From: an uncultured Acidobacteriota bacterium
GTDB taxonomy: Bacteria; Acidobacteriota; Thermoanaerobaculia; Gp7-AA8
Direction: 5' to 3'
DNA: 64,000 nucleotides
NCBI GenBank assembly: GCA_963822445.1
Contig: CAWGHO010000002.1
Span: 2,336,001-2,400,000, forward strand
Shown: in pieces, positions 1 through 10,433 of the stretch
How positions within the stretch are numbered: position 1 is the stretch's first letter
How the letters are laid out: each line of letters opens with the position of its first letter
Notes under the pieces: model-generated
Seen by the model: the letters and a program-made list of their open reading frames with translations, nothing else
The model's database searches: none
What the model was told of the DNA's origin: nothing
Program-made: the position numbers and the translations under genes

Positions 1-2
1 CC

Positions 3-494
3 TATCGCGTCGACGTGCAGCTCGCCGCGGATGGATCGGCAACGGGCAAGTTCGACGTGACCGCGGGGGCGGCCACGCTCGCCAGCGCGGGCAAGCAGTT
101 CGCCGCGCCGACGCGCACCTCGCCGATGCTCGCTCCGCCCGCGCCTCCGCAGCCCGGCTCGGAAGCTCTGGCGAAGAAGATCGCAGGGAACGACGCGGAA
201 GCCCTGCTGAAGAAGATCGAAGTGAACATGACCCCGCCGAAGCCGGTGCACACCGTCGAGCCGATCTACCCCGGGGAAGCGAAAGACAACGGGATCTACG
301 GGGTCGTCATCATCGAAGCTTCGATCAGCGAGACCGGCCTGGTCACCGACACGAAGGTCTTGAAAGGGCTGCCGTACGGATTGGACAAGGCCGCCGAGGA
401 TGCGGTCCGTCAGTGGCGGTTCGAACCGGCCACCCGTGACGGGAAGCCGGTTCCGGTGACGTTCAATCTGACGGTGAACTTCAAACTCGATTGA
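3..494 (+). CDS. TonB family protein, C-terminal domain (5' end outside window)
   Basis: Pro-rich linker followed by TonB_C signature (PIYPGEAK..GVVIIEASISETG..LDKAAEDAVRQWRFEPA..GKPVPV); frame open to window edge. Confidence 0.85.
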   Translation, partial: YRVDVQLAADGSATGKFDVTAGAATLASAGKQFAAPTRTSPMLAPPAPPQPGSEALAKKIAGNDAEALLKKIEVNMTPPKPVHTVEPIYPGEAKDNGIYGVVIIEASISETGLVTDTKVLKGLPYGLDKAAEDAVRQWRFEPATRDGKPVPVTFNLTVNFKLD

Positions 495-500
495 CCCTGG

Positions 501-612
501 AGCGGGCGGTGGGCAGCGGGCGGCGGGCGGCGGGCAGTAGCTAGAACCCCGAATGGTCTGCAGAGGAGCAACTTGCTTCCTGCCCGCTGCCCACTGCCCG
601 CTGCCCACTACC
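501..612. repeat. Inverted array of 7-mer repeats (GGGCRGY)n ... (CTGCCCR)n between convergent genes
   Basis: gcgggcggtgggcagcgggcggcgggcggcgggcag ... ctgcccgctgcccactgcccgctgcccact read directly. Confidence 0.8.
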
Positions 613-620
613 ACGCCCGT

Positions 621-3116
621 CTACTTCCGCTTCTTCGTCTTCCAGCGCTGACCACCGGCTTCTTCGGCCAGGGCGTCCCAGCGCGGATCGTCGTGCAGCG
701 CTTCGAGGTCGTCGTCCTGATGCATGTGGTGGCTCAGCTCGAAGCCTTCGGCGCGGGCCTTCTCCAGCCACTGGAAGGCGGCGTCGCGGTTGCCCTGGAG
801 GGCGTAGCCGCAGGCGATGTTGTAGGACGACGTGCCGACGCGGTAGCCGAGTGAGATGGCGCGGTTGAAGGCATCGTTGCCGGTCTGGAAGTCGCGGGCC
901 TGCAGGGCGGTGAAGCCGAGGTTGAACCACGCGCGGCCGGACTGGGGGTACCTCATGGTCAGGGCGCGGTGATGCGCGGCAACCTTGCGCCACTGGCCGC
1001 GGTCGTCGTCGTCATCCCACTCGTCGTCGCAGCAGCCGCGCATCTCCAGGTCTTCCGCTTTCTGGCGGAGGGCGTCGAAGCCGTTCTGCTGGCGGAGCAG
1101 GGCGATGTCCGGATCGTTCAGGAGCTTCTCGTCGCTGGAGAAGCCGTTCTCGATCGACTTGTCGAGCCAGAGCATGCCGTTGCGGGCATCGCCCTTGAGC
1201 GAGTAGGCGCAGGCGATGTTGTACATCGACGTGCCGACCTTCTCGCCGCGCTTGATTGCGTTCTGGAAGGCGTTGATGCTCTCGTCGAACCGGCGAAGGC
1301 GGAGCAGGTCCAGGCCGACGTCGGCCCAGTCGTTGCTACCGTCGAAGATCTCGTCGAATCCCTTGCCGACGGCATCGCCGACGCGCTGGCTCACGCTGTC
1401 GCCGATGGCGTTGGCGATGACGTTGCCCACGCGGTTGCTCACGTCGTCGCCGCCCGTGACCTGGAGTTTCTTGTAGCGCTCCATGGTCTCGGTGACGCGC
1501 CGCGTGGCGACGTCGCTGCCGCCCTGCGCGACGAGGCGCTGGAAGCCGGCGTCGTTGCGGATCGGATCGAAGTCGGAATCGTCGGCGATGTGGTCGAAGT
1601 CATCCCAGCCGGCGTTGATGGCCTTGGCCAGCGATTCGGTGGCACGGCGGGCATCGCCGAGGAGCGCGTAGGAGCAGGCGGCGTTGTACAGCGCCGTTTC
1701 CACCTTGTAGCCCTCGTCGGCGGCGCGATGGAACGCGATCGCCGCATCGGCATACCGGTCGGAGCGATAGAGGTCATAAGCCCGCTCGTACCAGTCCTCG
1801 GCATCCTGCGGCGTGCGCAGGAACTTGTCCGCGCGCTTGTCGTACTTGCCGAGCTTCGCGAGGAGGTAGTCCTCGATGGCCTCGACGTCCGGGGTGACGG
1901 TCATCTGGGCGTCGGTGGTCTGCGACTCTTCGACTTTCGCCTTCGCGGCGACGTCCTGCGGCTTCGGCTGCTCCGCGGTCAGACGCAGCGCGGAGACGGG
2001 GATGATCACGGCGACGGCAAGGGCACACGCGACCGCGACACCGCGGCCGCTCAGAATGCGGCGGGCTACATCAGGCTGAAGAATCGACAAGAGACGTCCC
2101 TCCAATTGGGATTTACGCGACATCGCGAGCGTGACGGAGCGGAACGGATCGAAGGTGGGCATGGAGCGGGCGATCGCCAGCAGGTGATCCGCGTACTCGG
2201 ACGGCTTGGTGCCGCCGGCGAGGACGAGGTCATCGCACGCGCGCTCGCATTCGCTGCGGCCGGCGCGCTCGAGTGACCAGGCCAGCGGGTGATACCAGAA
2301 GATCGAGACGGCGATGCGGGTGACGATCAGGGAGATGCCGTCGAAACGCTTGAGATGCGCGAGCTCGTGCATGAGCACGACGCGCAGGCGCTCGGCCGGC
2401 CAGGTCACGACGTCCGCGGGCAGAAGCAGCACGGGCTTGAAGAAGCCCCACAGCACCGGGACGCTGATGCGGCCGGAGCGGAGCAGGCGGACGTCGCGGC
2501 TGAGGGCCAGCGCGTCGCGGGCGTGGTCCAGCTCGACCAGCGCCGCATCCTGAGTCAACTCCTCGGCATTCTTGGACACGTGCCACACGCCGGCCATGCC
2601 CAGGAGCATCTGGCCGAACATCAACAGGGTCATGCCGCCCAGGGCCAGGGCGATCATGCCCTTCCAGGTCGACTGGGTGATGTTCATCGCCCGGCTCATC
2701 GCCGTCAGCGGCTCGTCGGGAACGACGCCCGTGGCCTTGGCCAGGGAGATGGCGGTGCCGATCGAGGCGGACGCACCACCGGTCACGGTGACGGTCTGGC
2801 CGCCCTCTTCGGCGTCCGTGGCGCCCACGATCGACTTCGGACCGGTCTTGGTCTCGGTTGCCGCAGCAGCCGCAGCGGGCTTCTCGACGACGATGTGCCA
2901 CGCCGGCACGACCACGGTCGCGATCGGCATCGCTGCCACGGCGACGAGTGCGGCCGTCGCGACGATGTGCTTCGTCGCGGCGGATGCCCGCGGCATCGCC
3001 ATCAGCAGCACCCGCGCAATGGCCAGAATCAGCGTGGCCTTGAGGATGACCAGGAGCATGGTCTCCACGGCGCCGGCGGCCTGAAGTCTCGCAGCGAGCT
3101 CGAATAGGGTGGTCAT
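621..3116 (-). CDS. M56 family (BlaR1/MecR1-type) membrane metallopeptidase with C-terminal TPR domains
   Basis: N-terminal TM helices, HELAH zinc motif, ERACDD motif; three YNxACxYxLxG TPR-type repeats; adjacent BlaI-family gene. Confidence 0.9.
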   Translation of the reverse strand: MTTLFELAARLQAAGAVETMLLVILKATLILAIARVLLMAMPRASAATKHIVATAALVAVAAMPIATVVVPAWHIVVEKPAAAAAATETKTGPKSIVGATDAEEGGQTVTVTGGASASIGTAISLAKATGVVPDEPLTAMSRAMNITQSTWKGMIALALGGMTLLMFGQMLLGMAGVWHVSKNAEELTQDAALVELDHARDALALSRDVRLLRSGRISVPVLWGFFKPVLLLPADVVTWPAERLRVVLMHELAHLKRFDGISLIVTRIAVSIFWYHPLAWSLERAGRSECERACDDLVLAGGTKPSEYADHLLAIARSMPTFDPFRSVTLAMSRKSQLEGRLLSILQPDVARRILSGRGVAVACALAVAVIIPVSALRLTAEQPKPQDVAAKAKVEESQTTDAQMTVTPDVEAIEDYLLAKLGKYDKRADKFLRTPQDAEDWYERAYDLYRSDRYADAAIAFHRAADEGYKVETALYNAACSYALLGDARRATESLAKAINAGWDDFDHIADDSDFDPIRNDAGFQRLVAQGGSDVATRRVTETMERYKKLQVTGGDDVSNRVGNVIANAIGDSVSQRVGDAVGKGFDEIFDGSNDWADVGLDLLRLRRFDESINAFQNAIKRGEKVGTSMYNIACAYSLKGDARNGMLWLDKSIENGFSSDEKLLNDPDIALLRQQNGFDALRQKAEDLEMRGCCDDEWDDDDDRGQWRKVAAHHRALTMRYPQSGRAWFNLGFTALQARDFQTGNDAFNRAISLGYRVGTSSYNIACGYALQGNRDAAFQWLEKARAEGFELSHHMHQDDDLEALHDDPRWDALAEEAGGQRWKTKKRK

Positions 3117-3117
3117 G

Positions 3118-3513
3118 TCAGCGTCCTTCCTTCTTGGCCTGCTCGATGAGTGAGGACAACCTGTCGAGCTCGTCGTCGGTGATGTTTGCTCTCTGCTTTT
3201 CGATGAGCGTGGCCACGACGTTGGCGGCGGAGCCGTCGAAGAACGTGGTCAGGAGCTGATCGAGCGCGGAGAGGCGCACTTTTTCCCTGTTGGTGGTGGG
3301 GAGGTACACGTAACGCGCGCCGTCGTGCTGATGTTTCAGGTGCCCCTTCTGCTCGAGGATGCGCAGCGTGGCCCGGACAGCGGAGTAGCTGGGCGGCTCG
3401 GCCATGGCCTCGAGGACTTCCGTGGCCGTGGCCTGCCCGCGGGCAAAGATGATGTTCATCATCTCCCGCTCGCGACGACTGAGGCTTTCTGTGGTCTTGG
3501 GCACGCTGGTCAC
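3118..3513 (-). CDS. BlaI/MecI/CopY family transcriptional repressor
   Basis: LSRREREMMNII..SYSAVRATLRILEQKG..FFDGS winged-helix pattern; coupled to the M56 gene. Confidence 0.92.
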   Translation of the reverse strand: MTSVPKTTESLSRREREMMNIIFARGQATATEVLEAMAEPPSYSAVRATLRILEQKGHLKHQHDGARYVYLPTTNREKVRLSALDQLLTTFFDGSAANVVATLIEKQRANITDDELDRLSSLIEQAKKEGR

Positions 3514-3521
3514 TCTCCGGG

Positions 3522-3555
3522 TGCTGAATTTTTAACAGGTGCTGGAAATTTAGCA
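3522..3555. promoter_or_regulatory. Probable BlaI-family autoregulatory operator: two tandem TGYT-N8-ARCA-like palindromes
   Basis: TGCTGAATTTTTAACA (3522-3537) and TGCTGGAAATTTAGCA (3540-3555), AT-rich, immediately upstream of the repressor start. Confidence 0.6.
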
Positions 3556-3606
3556 GTGGATACGGGCGGGGGCAAGGGAGGGTTGCGGGCGTCACCGTTT
3601 GTTAAC

Positions 3607-3687
3607 AGGGTTACGGGGTTGCGGGGTTACGAGGTTTCGGGGTGGGCGGAACCCCGAAACCCCGTAACCTCGTAACCCCGCAACCTC
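3607..3687. repeat. Inverted array of 8-mer repeats (GGTTDCGR)n ... (ACCYCGHA)n
   Basis: ggttacgg ggttgcgg ggttacga ggtttcgg / accccgaa accccgta acctcgta accccgca. Confidence 0.85.
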
Positions 3688-3723
3688 TTGTACGATGCGC
3701 GCGCTTCACGCGACGGAGGACGA

Positions 3724-4698
3724 ATGCCCGGCCCAATCACCAACTTCATCGACCACCACTACCGCCACTTCAACGCGGCCGCGCTCAAGGCGGCGGCGAT
3801 TGATTACAACAAGCATCTCGACAAGGGTGGGCAGATGCTCATCACGCTGGCGGGGGCGATGTCGACGGCGGAGCTGGGGTTGTCGCTGGCGGAGATGATC
3901 CGGCAGGACAAGGTCCAGGCCATCAGCTGCACGGGCGCGAACCTCGAGGAGGACATCTTCAACCTCGTGGCGCACGACTGCTACGAGCGCGTGCCGCACT
4001 ACCGCTACCTGTCCGCGCTCGACGAGCAGGCCCTGCTCGAGCGGCACATGAACCGCGTGACCGACACCTGCATCCCCGAAGGGGAGGCCATGCGCCGCAT
4101 CGAGAAGGCCGTGCTCAAGCACTGGATGGACAAGGACAAGGAAGGCAAGCGGCTGTTCCCGCACGAGTTCATGTACGAGATCATCCGCGACGGCTCGATC
4201 GCGGAGTTCTACCAGATCGATCCGAAGAACTCCTGGATGGTCGCCGCGGCGGAGAAGAACCTGCCCATGTTCGTCCCCGGCTGGGAGGACTCGACCCTCG
4301 GCAACATGTATTCGGGCCACTGCATCTCCGGCGACGTGAAGAACGTCCACACCGTGCGCACCGGCATCGAGTACATGATCGAGCTGGCCGACTACTACAC
4401 GCGCATGTCCGCGAAGAGCCCGATCGGCTTCTTCCAGATCGGCGGCGGCATCGCTGGCGACTTCCCGATCTGCGTCGTTCCCATGCTCCACCAGGACCTC
4501 CAGCGCGTCGACGTCCCGCTCTGGGGCTACTTCTGCCAGATCAGCGACTCCACCACGAGCTTCGGCTCCTACTCCGGCGCCGTCCCCAACGAGAAAATCA
4601 CCTGGGGCAAGCTCGGAGTGGACACGCCGAGCCACGTGATCGAAAGCGACGCGTCGATCGTGGCGCCGCTGGTGTTTGCGTATGTATTGGGATGGTGA
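3724..4698 (+). CDS. Deoxyhypusine synthase-like protein (probably polyamine biosynthesis)
   Basis: LAGAMST, TGANLEED, IGGG, GSYSGAxPNEKITWGK (catalytic Lys motif); GGAGGA SD upstream of ATG 3724. Confidence 0.9.
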   Translation: MPGPITNFIDHHYRHFNAAALKAAAIDYNKHLDKGGQMLITLAGAMSTAELGLSLAEMIRQDKVQAISCTGANLEEDIFNLVAHDCYERVPHYRYLSALDEQALLERHMNRVTDTCIPEGEAMRRIEKAVLKHWMDKDKEGKRLFPHEFMYEIIRDGSIAEFYQIDPKNSWMVAAAEKNLPMFVPGWEDSTLGNMYSGHCISGDVKNVHTVRTGIEYMIELADYYTRMSAKSPIGFFQIGGGIAGDFPICVVPMLHQDLQRVDVPLWGYFCQISDSTTSFGSYSGAVPNEKITWGKLGVDTPSHVIESDASIVAPLVFAYVLGW

Positions 4699-4701
4699 TC
4701 G

Positions 4702-7546
4702 ATGAGATCAGTTACGAGGTTACGAGGTTACGGGGTTGCGGGGTTGTTCATCTGCTCGTTCGCTTTGAGTTCCACCTCGCAACCTCGTAACCCCGAAACC
4801 CCGCAACCCATCATCGAAAAACACATCCGCACCCTCTCCTCGGACGCGATGGAAGGGCGCGGCCTCAACACCAAGGGCCTTGCTTCCGCCGCTTCTACAT
4901 CGAAAACCAGCTCCGCGACGCGAAGCTCGAGCCGGCCTTCGGCAAGTCCTACCGCCAGAAGTTTCCGGTGAAGATCGGCGTGGCCCTCGGCGAGAAAAAC
5001 GCGATCGAAGGGTTGTCGAAGGACGACTGGACGCCGCTCGGATTCTCCAGCCCGGGCACGTTCTCCGGACCGATCGCATTCGTCGGCTACGGCATCGACG
5101 CGCCGCCGATGAACTACCGCGAGTACGAAGGCATCGATCTCAAAGGAAAGGTCGCGCTGATGCTGCGCTACGAGCCGCAGGAGCGCGATGAGAAGTCGGT
5201 GTTCGACGGTCGCCGTCCGAGCCGCTGGTCCGCGCTGCGCTACAAGGCGATGCAGGCGCGCGAGCGCGGCGCGGTTGCCGTGATCTTCGTGACCGGACCG
5301 CTGCAGGACGAAGCGAAGGACAAGATCCCCGCGCTCGCGAATGACGGCCCGGAGTCTCCGGCCGGTCTGCCTGTGATTCAGGTGAAGACGTCCGTCGCGC
5401 AGAAGTGGGTGGACATTGCCCAATTTCAAAAGGATGTCGACGCGGACATGAAGCCGCGCTCGCGCGTCCTCGATCGCACGCTCAGCGGAACGGTGGACGT
5501 GAAGGCCACCTACGCCGAAGCGGAGAACGTCGCCGGCATCATTCCCGGCCGCGGAAAGCTGAAGGACGAGATCGTCGTCATCGGCGCCCACTACGACCAC
5601 CTGGGCCATGGGCGGCCGCGGCTCGATGAAGCCGAACGACAACGCCATTCACAACGGTGCCGACGACAACGCGTCCGGAACCGCGGCGGTGCTCGTCGCG
5701 GCTCGCAGACTGGCTGACTTACTCAAAGGTGCCCAGGACCGCCGCACGATCCTCATCGCTCTCTTCTCCGCCGAAGAAACAGGTCTCGGCGGCTCGGCTT
5801 ACTTCGTCGGCAACTCGCCGGTACCTGTCCAGAAGGTCGTTGCCATGATCAATCTGGACATGGTCGGCGCGATGAAAGACGACAAGCTCATCGCCCTCGG
5901 CAGCGAATCAGCGCCGGAATGGAAGCCGTTGCTCGAGCGCGTGTCGACCGACCTGAAGATGACCATCGCCGCGAGCGGCGACGGATACGGCCCCTCCGAT
6001 CAGACCAGTTTTTACGCGAAGCAGATTCCGGTACTGCACTTCTTCACCGGCACACACGAGCGCTATCACACGCCCGACGACGACGCCGACGCGATCAACT
6101 TCGCCGGTGCCGAACGCGCCGCGGAAGTGACGACGCGCGTTGCTGCCGCACTGGCGAAAGGCGATGTGACGCCGGCGTACGCACGAGCGACGTCCGCCCC
6201 GGCCATGGAAGGCGACAGCCGCGGCTACGGCGCCTGGCTCGGCACGATTCCCGATTTCAGCGCGATGGAATCCGACGTCGGGCGGCGTGAAGCTGGCCGA
6301 CGTTCGCGCCGGCGGTCCGGCTGACAAAGCCGGCATCAAGGGCGGCGACGTGCTCGTGGAGATGGCGGGCACGCGCATCGAGAACCTGTACGACATGACG
6401 TTCGCGCTGCAGGATCACAAGCCGAACGAGACGATCGACGTGGTCGTGCTGCGCGACGGAAAGCGGATGACGCTGCGCGCGACGCTGGGATCGCGGGCAT
6501 CCGTTGCCGCGCCGACCGCGCCGCACGGCGCCGCGGCGGAGATGCAGATCAAAGCCGGCAAGCCGTTCGAGAAAACGGTCGACGGCGAGAAGCATCTGAA
6601 GGACATCCGCCAGCTGACGTTCGGCGGGGAGAATGCCGAGGCGTATTTCAGTCCGGATGGGAAGAAGCTGATCTACCAGTCGACCGCGGAGCGCGGCGGA
6701 TGCGATCAGCAGTACGTCATCGACCTGGTCAGCGGCGAGACGAAGATGGTCTCCAGCGGCAAGGGGCGGACGACCTGCGGTTACTTCTCCTGGCCGGTCG
6801 GCGATCGCATTCTTTACGCGTCGACCGAGGCTGCTGATTCGAGTTGTCCGCCGCCGCCGGATCGGGCCAAGGGCTACATCTGGGGCGTTTATCCGTCGTA
6901 CGACATCTACGTCGCGAAAGCGGACGGCTCGAGCCCGAAACGCATCACCACCACGGCGGGCTACGACGCCGAAGCGACCTGGTGTCACAAGGGCGGCAAG
7001 ATCATCTTCACCTCCGTGCGCGACGGCGATCTCGATCTGTACGAGATGGACGAGAACGGCGGGAACGTGAAAAAGCTGACGACGTCCGCGGGATACGACG
7101 GCGGCGCGTTCTACAACGGCGATTGCACGGAGATCGTGTGGCGCGCGTCGCGGTTCAGCGATCCGGCGCAGCTCGCCGATTACCGCTCGCTGCTCGCGGA
7201 AGGGTTCGTGCGGCCCTCGAAGATGGAGCTGTTCGTCGCCAAAGCGGATGGCTCGGGCGCGAAGCAGATCACTTCCAACGGTGCGGCGAACTTCTGTCCG
7301 TTCTTCACGCCGGACGGCAAGCGAATCATCTTCGCCTCGAACATGCTCGATCCGCGCGGCCGCGAGTTCGACATCTTCATCGTCAACAAAGACGGCAGCG
7401 GCACGCCCGAGCGGATCACCACCGCGGCGGCGTTCGACGGCTTCCCGATGTTCAGCCCCGATGGGAAGTATCTGGTGTGGGCGTCGAACCGTTCGAATCC
7501 CGAGGGGCGGGAGACGAATCTGTTCATCGCGAAGTGGGTGGAGTAG
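4702..7546 (+). CDS. M28 family peptidase with PA and PDZ domains fused to a TolB/PD40 beta-propeller (3 frameshifts at ~4895, ~5607, ~6281)
   Basis: LSSDAMEGRG, VIGAHYDHLG, NGADDNASG, FSAEE, SDQ..YHTPDD, PDZ (GPADKAGIKGGD), repeated FSPDG motifs, spread over four successive ORF frames. Confidence 0.85.
4711..4809. repeat. Second copy of the inverted 8-mer array, inside the 5' end of the M28 gene
   Basis: gttacgag gttacgag gttacggg gttgcggg ... acctcgca acctcgta accccgaa accccgca. Confidence 0.85.
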
Positions 7547-9227
7547 CTACCTCCATCTCCACGCGATTCCGGCCGCTCTCTTTCGCGCGATAAAGCAGTG
7601 AATCCGCCGCGGCGAGAGCGGCCGCGGCGTCGTATCGTTCGGTGACCCAGACGCCGAGGCTGATGGTGATCTGCAGGTCTTCGGCGATGGACGAGAAGTC
7701 CAGCGACTCCACCGCTGTTCGCAGGCGCTCCGCGATCTCGCGAGCCTGCGTGACGGATGCGTCGTGCAGGACGACCAGGAACTCTTCACCGCCGGTACGG
7801 CCGATGAGATCCGCTGGCCGCAGCGCCATGCGGCAGGTGTGGGCGATCGTGCGCAGAACCAGGTCGCCGTCGGCGTGGCCGTACGTGTCGTTGATCCGCT
7901 TGAAGCGATCGATGTCGAACACGATGACCGTTGCCGGACGGTGGTCGCGCTTCGCAGCGGCAAAGGCGAGATCGAGCGCGGTCAGGATGTGACGCCGGTT
8001 CGGAAGGCGGGTGAGCTCGTCGGTCATGGCCATCGACCGCATGCGCCGCGTGTTCACGACCTGCCGCCAGAAGAGGATGGCCAGCGTGACCGCGAGCAAC
8101 GCCGTCAGCGCGATCACCGCAATCTGCAGATTCTGATTGCGGTTCGCGGCGTCCAACGCGGTTGCGCGAAGTGCGTTCTCGCGCGCGAGGGCGCGGTTCT
8201 CCTGTTCTTTTTTCTCCGCGTCGAACTCGACGCGCAGCCGCGACGAGAGTTCATCGCGGCGCGAAGCGGCGAGCTCCTGCTGGATCGCGCCGTGCCGCCG
8301 GCGAAACTCGTAGGCGTTACGCCAGTCGCCGAGCTGCTCGTACGCGAGCGCGGTCTCATCGACGTTTCGCTCGAGAAATCGCGAGTTGCCCTGACTTTCG
8401 AAGTGAACCCGGGCCGCCGCGAGCTCGCGAATGGCCTCGGCGGACCGCCCGAGGCGGCGATAGGCGATGCCGCGGAATTGCCGCGCCGAAGCGAGTTGTC
8501 CCGGTGCGCGCTCCTTTTCGTAAAAGCCGACCGCCGCGTCCAGATGCGGCAAGGCCTCACCGGCCCGCCCCAGCTTCACCAGCGTGGAGCCGAGCGACCG
8601 CCGGGTGAACGCGATGTCGTCCTGACGGCCCAGCCTTTCGAATGCTGCAATTGCGCGGCGGTAGTTGAACTCCGCCGCGGCCAGGTCGCCCTTGGTCTCG
8701 TTCGTCGCGCCGATGTTGTAGAGCGTGTCGGCGACGTCACTGGGCTGGCCGTGCTGCTCGTAGCCTTCGAGCAACTGCCGGTAGTACTCGAGGGCCAGGT
8801 CGTACTGCGCGACCTGCGCGTCGGCGTAAACGTTGGCCATGTCGGAAAGGCAGTCCAGCTGCTCTTTCTGCCGCCCCAGACGAACGTTGGTGCGATAGGC
8901 GGTCTGCAGGTTGGTGAGCGCATCCGCCATCTGGCCGCGCGCGTATTGAAGCGTACCCAGGTGCATGATCGCGTCGGCTTCGAGCGCCGCATCACCAGCT
9001 TTCCGAGCCAGCACCGCAGCATCGCGGTAGTCGCGCTCTGCCTCGGCATCCCGCCCGTCGATGGCGCGTTTCTCTGCGCGACATCCGATCAATCTGGCCT
9101 GCAGGCGGATGTCGCCGGCGCGCTGCGCTGCCGTGAGGCCCGCGGAGACAGCGCGGTCCGCGGTCGCGGAGTCTTTCGCCGACTCACACGACGCGAGTTG
9201 AAGGAGAAAAGCCAGGACGAGTGCCAC
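7524..9227 (-). CDS. TPR-containing membrane-anchored diguanylate cyclase
   Basis: N-terminal hydrophobic segment, TPR repeats, TM helix, DELTRLPNRR, DIDRFKRINDTYGH, GGEEF. Confidence 0.9.
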   Translation of the reverse strand: MALVLAFLLQLASCESAKDSATADRAVSAGLTAAQRAGDIRLQARLIGCRAEKRAIDGRDAEAERDYRDAAVLARKAGDAALEADAIMHLGTLQYARGQMADALTNLQTAYRTNVRLGRQKEQLDCLSDMANVYADAQVAQYDLALEYYRQLLEGYEQHGQPSDVADTLYNIGATNETKGDLAAAEFNYRRAIAAFERLGRQDDIAFTRRSLGSTLVKLGRAGEALPHLDAAVGFYEKERAPGQLASARQFRGIAYRRLGRSAEAIRELAAARVHFESQGNSRFLERNVDETALAYEQLGDWRNAYEFRRRHGAIQQELAASRRDELSSRLRVEFDAEKKEQENRALARENALRATALDAANRNQNLQIAVIALTALLAVTLAILFWRQVVNTRRMRSMAMTDELTRLPNRRHILTALDLAFAAAKRDHRPATVIVFDIDRFKRINDTYGHADGDLVLRTIAHTCRMALRPADLIGRTGGEEFLVVLHDASVTQAREIAERLRTAVESLDFSSIAEDLQITISLGVWVTERYDAAAALAAADSLLYRAKESGRNRVEMEVATPPTSR

Positions 9228-9241
9228 TCGTCCTTAGTGTC

Positions 9242-9466
9242 TCATTCGTCGTCTTCCCACTTCAGCTGGAACTCCAGCTCGTGCTCGCCGCCGGCGCGTT
9301 CGTGCTCGATGTTGAATGTCGCATCGGCGGCGATGCGCAGGCGCTCGCCGCCGACCTGGATCGTGAACGCGCGCTTCGTCTCGATGGCATCGGCGAGGCG
9401 GCGCAGCTTCGCCACGAACTGCGCGCGGGGATAGGTCTTCTCGAGATCGCGACTGCGCTTCTTCAT
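9242..9466 (-). CDS. Amphi-Trp domain protein
   Basis: FVAKLRRLADAIE..NIEHER..ELEFQLKW. Confidence 0.8.
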   Translation of the reverse strand: MKKRSRDLEKTYPRAQFVAKLRRLADAIETKRAFTIQVGGERLRIAADATFNIEHERAGGEHELEFQLKWEDDE

Positions 9467-9930
9467 CCCTTCCTCACTGTGACCGTGGTCGTGGCGCTGG
9501 TCGGGCTGCCGGTGTCGTCGACCGCTTCGACCTTCAGCTCCGCGGAGATGCCGCCGAAGAGGCGCTCGTCCGGGACGTCTTTCCGCGGCGTGAAGCGATA
9601 GCGCAGCTCGCCGTGCGCGTTGATGGTCGTGCTGAATCCGAGGGCGCGGATCCGGTCCGCGTTCCAGCTTTCCTCGCCGACGCTGAATCCGCCGGGCGCG
9701 AAGACGGTGGCGGTGACGCGATTGACCGTGACAGGCCGGCCGCCCGTTTCGCGGACCACGACGTCGAATGCGAAGTCGTACGTGTCACCGGAGACGTGTC
9801 TGGCGACGATCGGATTGGGCACGACCTGAATGGAGATCGCTCCTTGGCCGGGAGCGCCGGTGATGCTGTCCCGCGGACCTGAGCTGCAGGCCGCGAGGGC
9901 GATCACGAGGATGGGAAGGAGTTTTCTCAT
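9463..9930 (-). CDS. Hypothetical lipoprotein
   Basis: Lipobox LAAC; beta-rich body; ATGA overlaps with both neighbours. Confidence 0.7.
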   Translation of the reverse strand: MRKLLPILVIALAACSSGPRDSITGAPGQGAISIQVVPNPIVARHVSGDTYDFAFDVVVRETGGRPVTVNRVTATVFAPGGFSVGEESWNADRIRALGFSTTINAHGELRYRFTPRKDVPDERLFGGISAELKVEAVDDTGSPTSATTTVTVRKG

Positions 9931-10433
9931 TTCATCTCCACCACGCCGCAGGCGATGCGGCCGCCGGCGTTGCCGGTTGGCTGCGTCGTCAGATCGTCGG
10001 GATTGGCGTGAAGGATGACGGCGTGTCCGACCGCGGAGCTCGCGCCCGCTTCGACAGTGACCGAACGGGTGGTGAAGGTCTCCCGGACCGTTCCGCTGGC
10101 GTCGGCAGTGACGTTGCCGAAGTCGCCGGCATGGTGCGGGTCGCCCTGCGGCGCGCCGTGTCCCGTTCCCATCGGATTGAAGTGACCGCCGGCGGCATTG
10201 CCGTTGTCGCCGCAGTCGCCTTTGTCATGCACGTGGAAGCCGTGAACTCCCGGCGGTACGCCGGTGAGGTCGACCGAGACTTCGACGGCGCCGCCGGCGA
10301 GCTGAACGAACCGAACGGTGCCCTGCGCGGTCGAGCCGGTGGTCGGCATCAGGGTCGCGGTGGCGGTGGGACGCATCGTGGTTGCGCAGGCGAGGAAAAT
10401 CATCGAGACTACGAGTACGGCAAACTTCTTCAT
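9927..10433 (-). CDS. sodC: Cu/Zn superoxide dismutase (lipoprotein)
   Basis: HGFHVH, GGHFNP, HHAGDFGN, LHANPDD, GNAGGRIACG; lipobox FLAC; SD GGAGG. Confidence 0.92.
   Translation of the reverse strand: MKKFAVLVVSMIFLACATTMRPTATATLMPTTGSTAQGTVRFVQLAGGAVEVSVDLTGVPPGVHGFHVHDKGDCGDNGNAAGGHFNPMGTGHGAPQGDPHHAGDFGNVTADASGTVRETFTTRSVTVEAGASSAVGHAVILHANPDDLTTQPTGNAGGRIACGVVEMK

Noticed and set aside
621-3513. Beta-lactam resistance regulator blaR1/blaI
   Set aside because: No penicillin-binding sensor domain and no beta-lactamase adjacent
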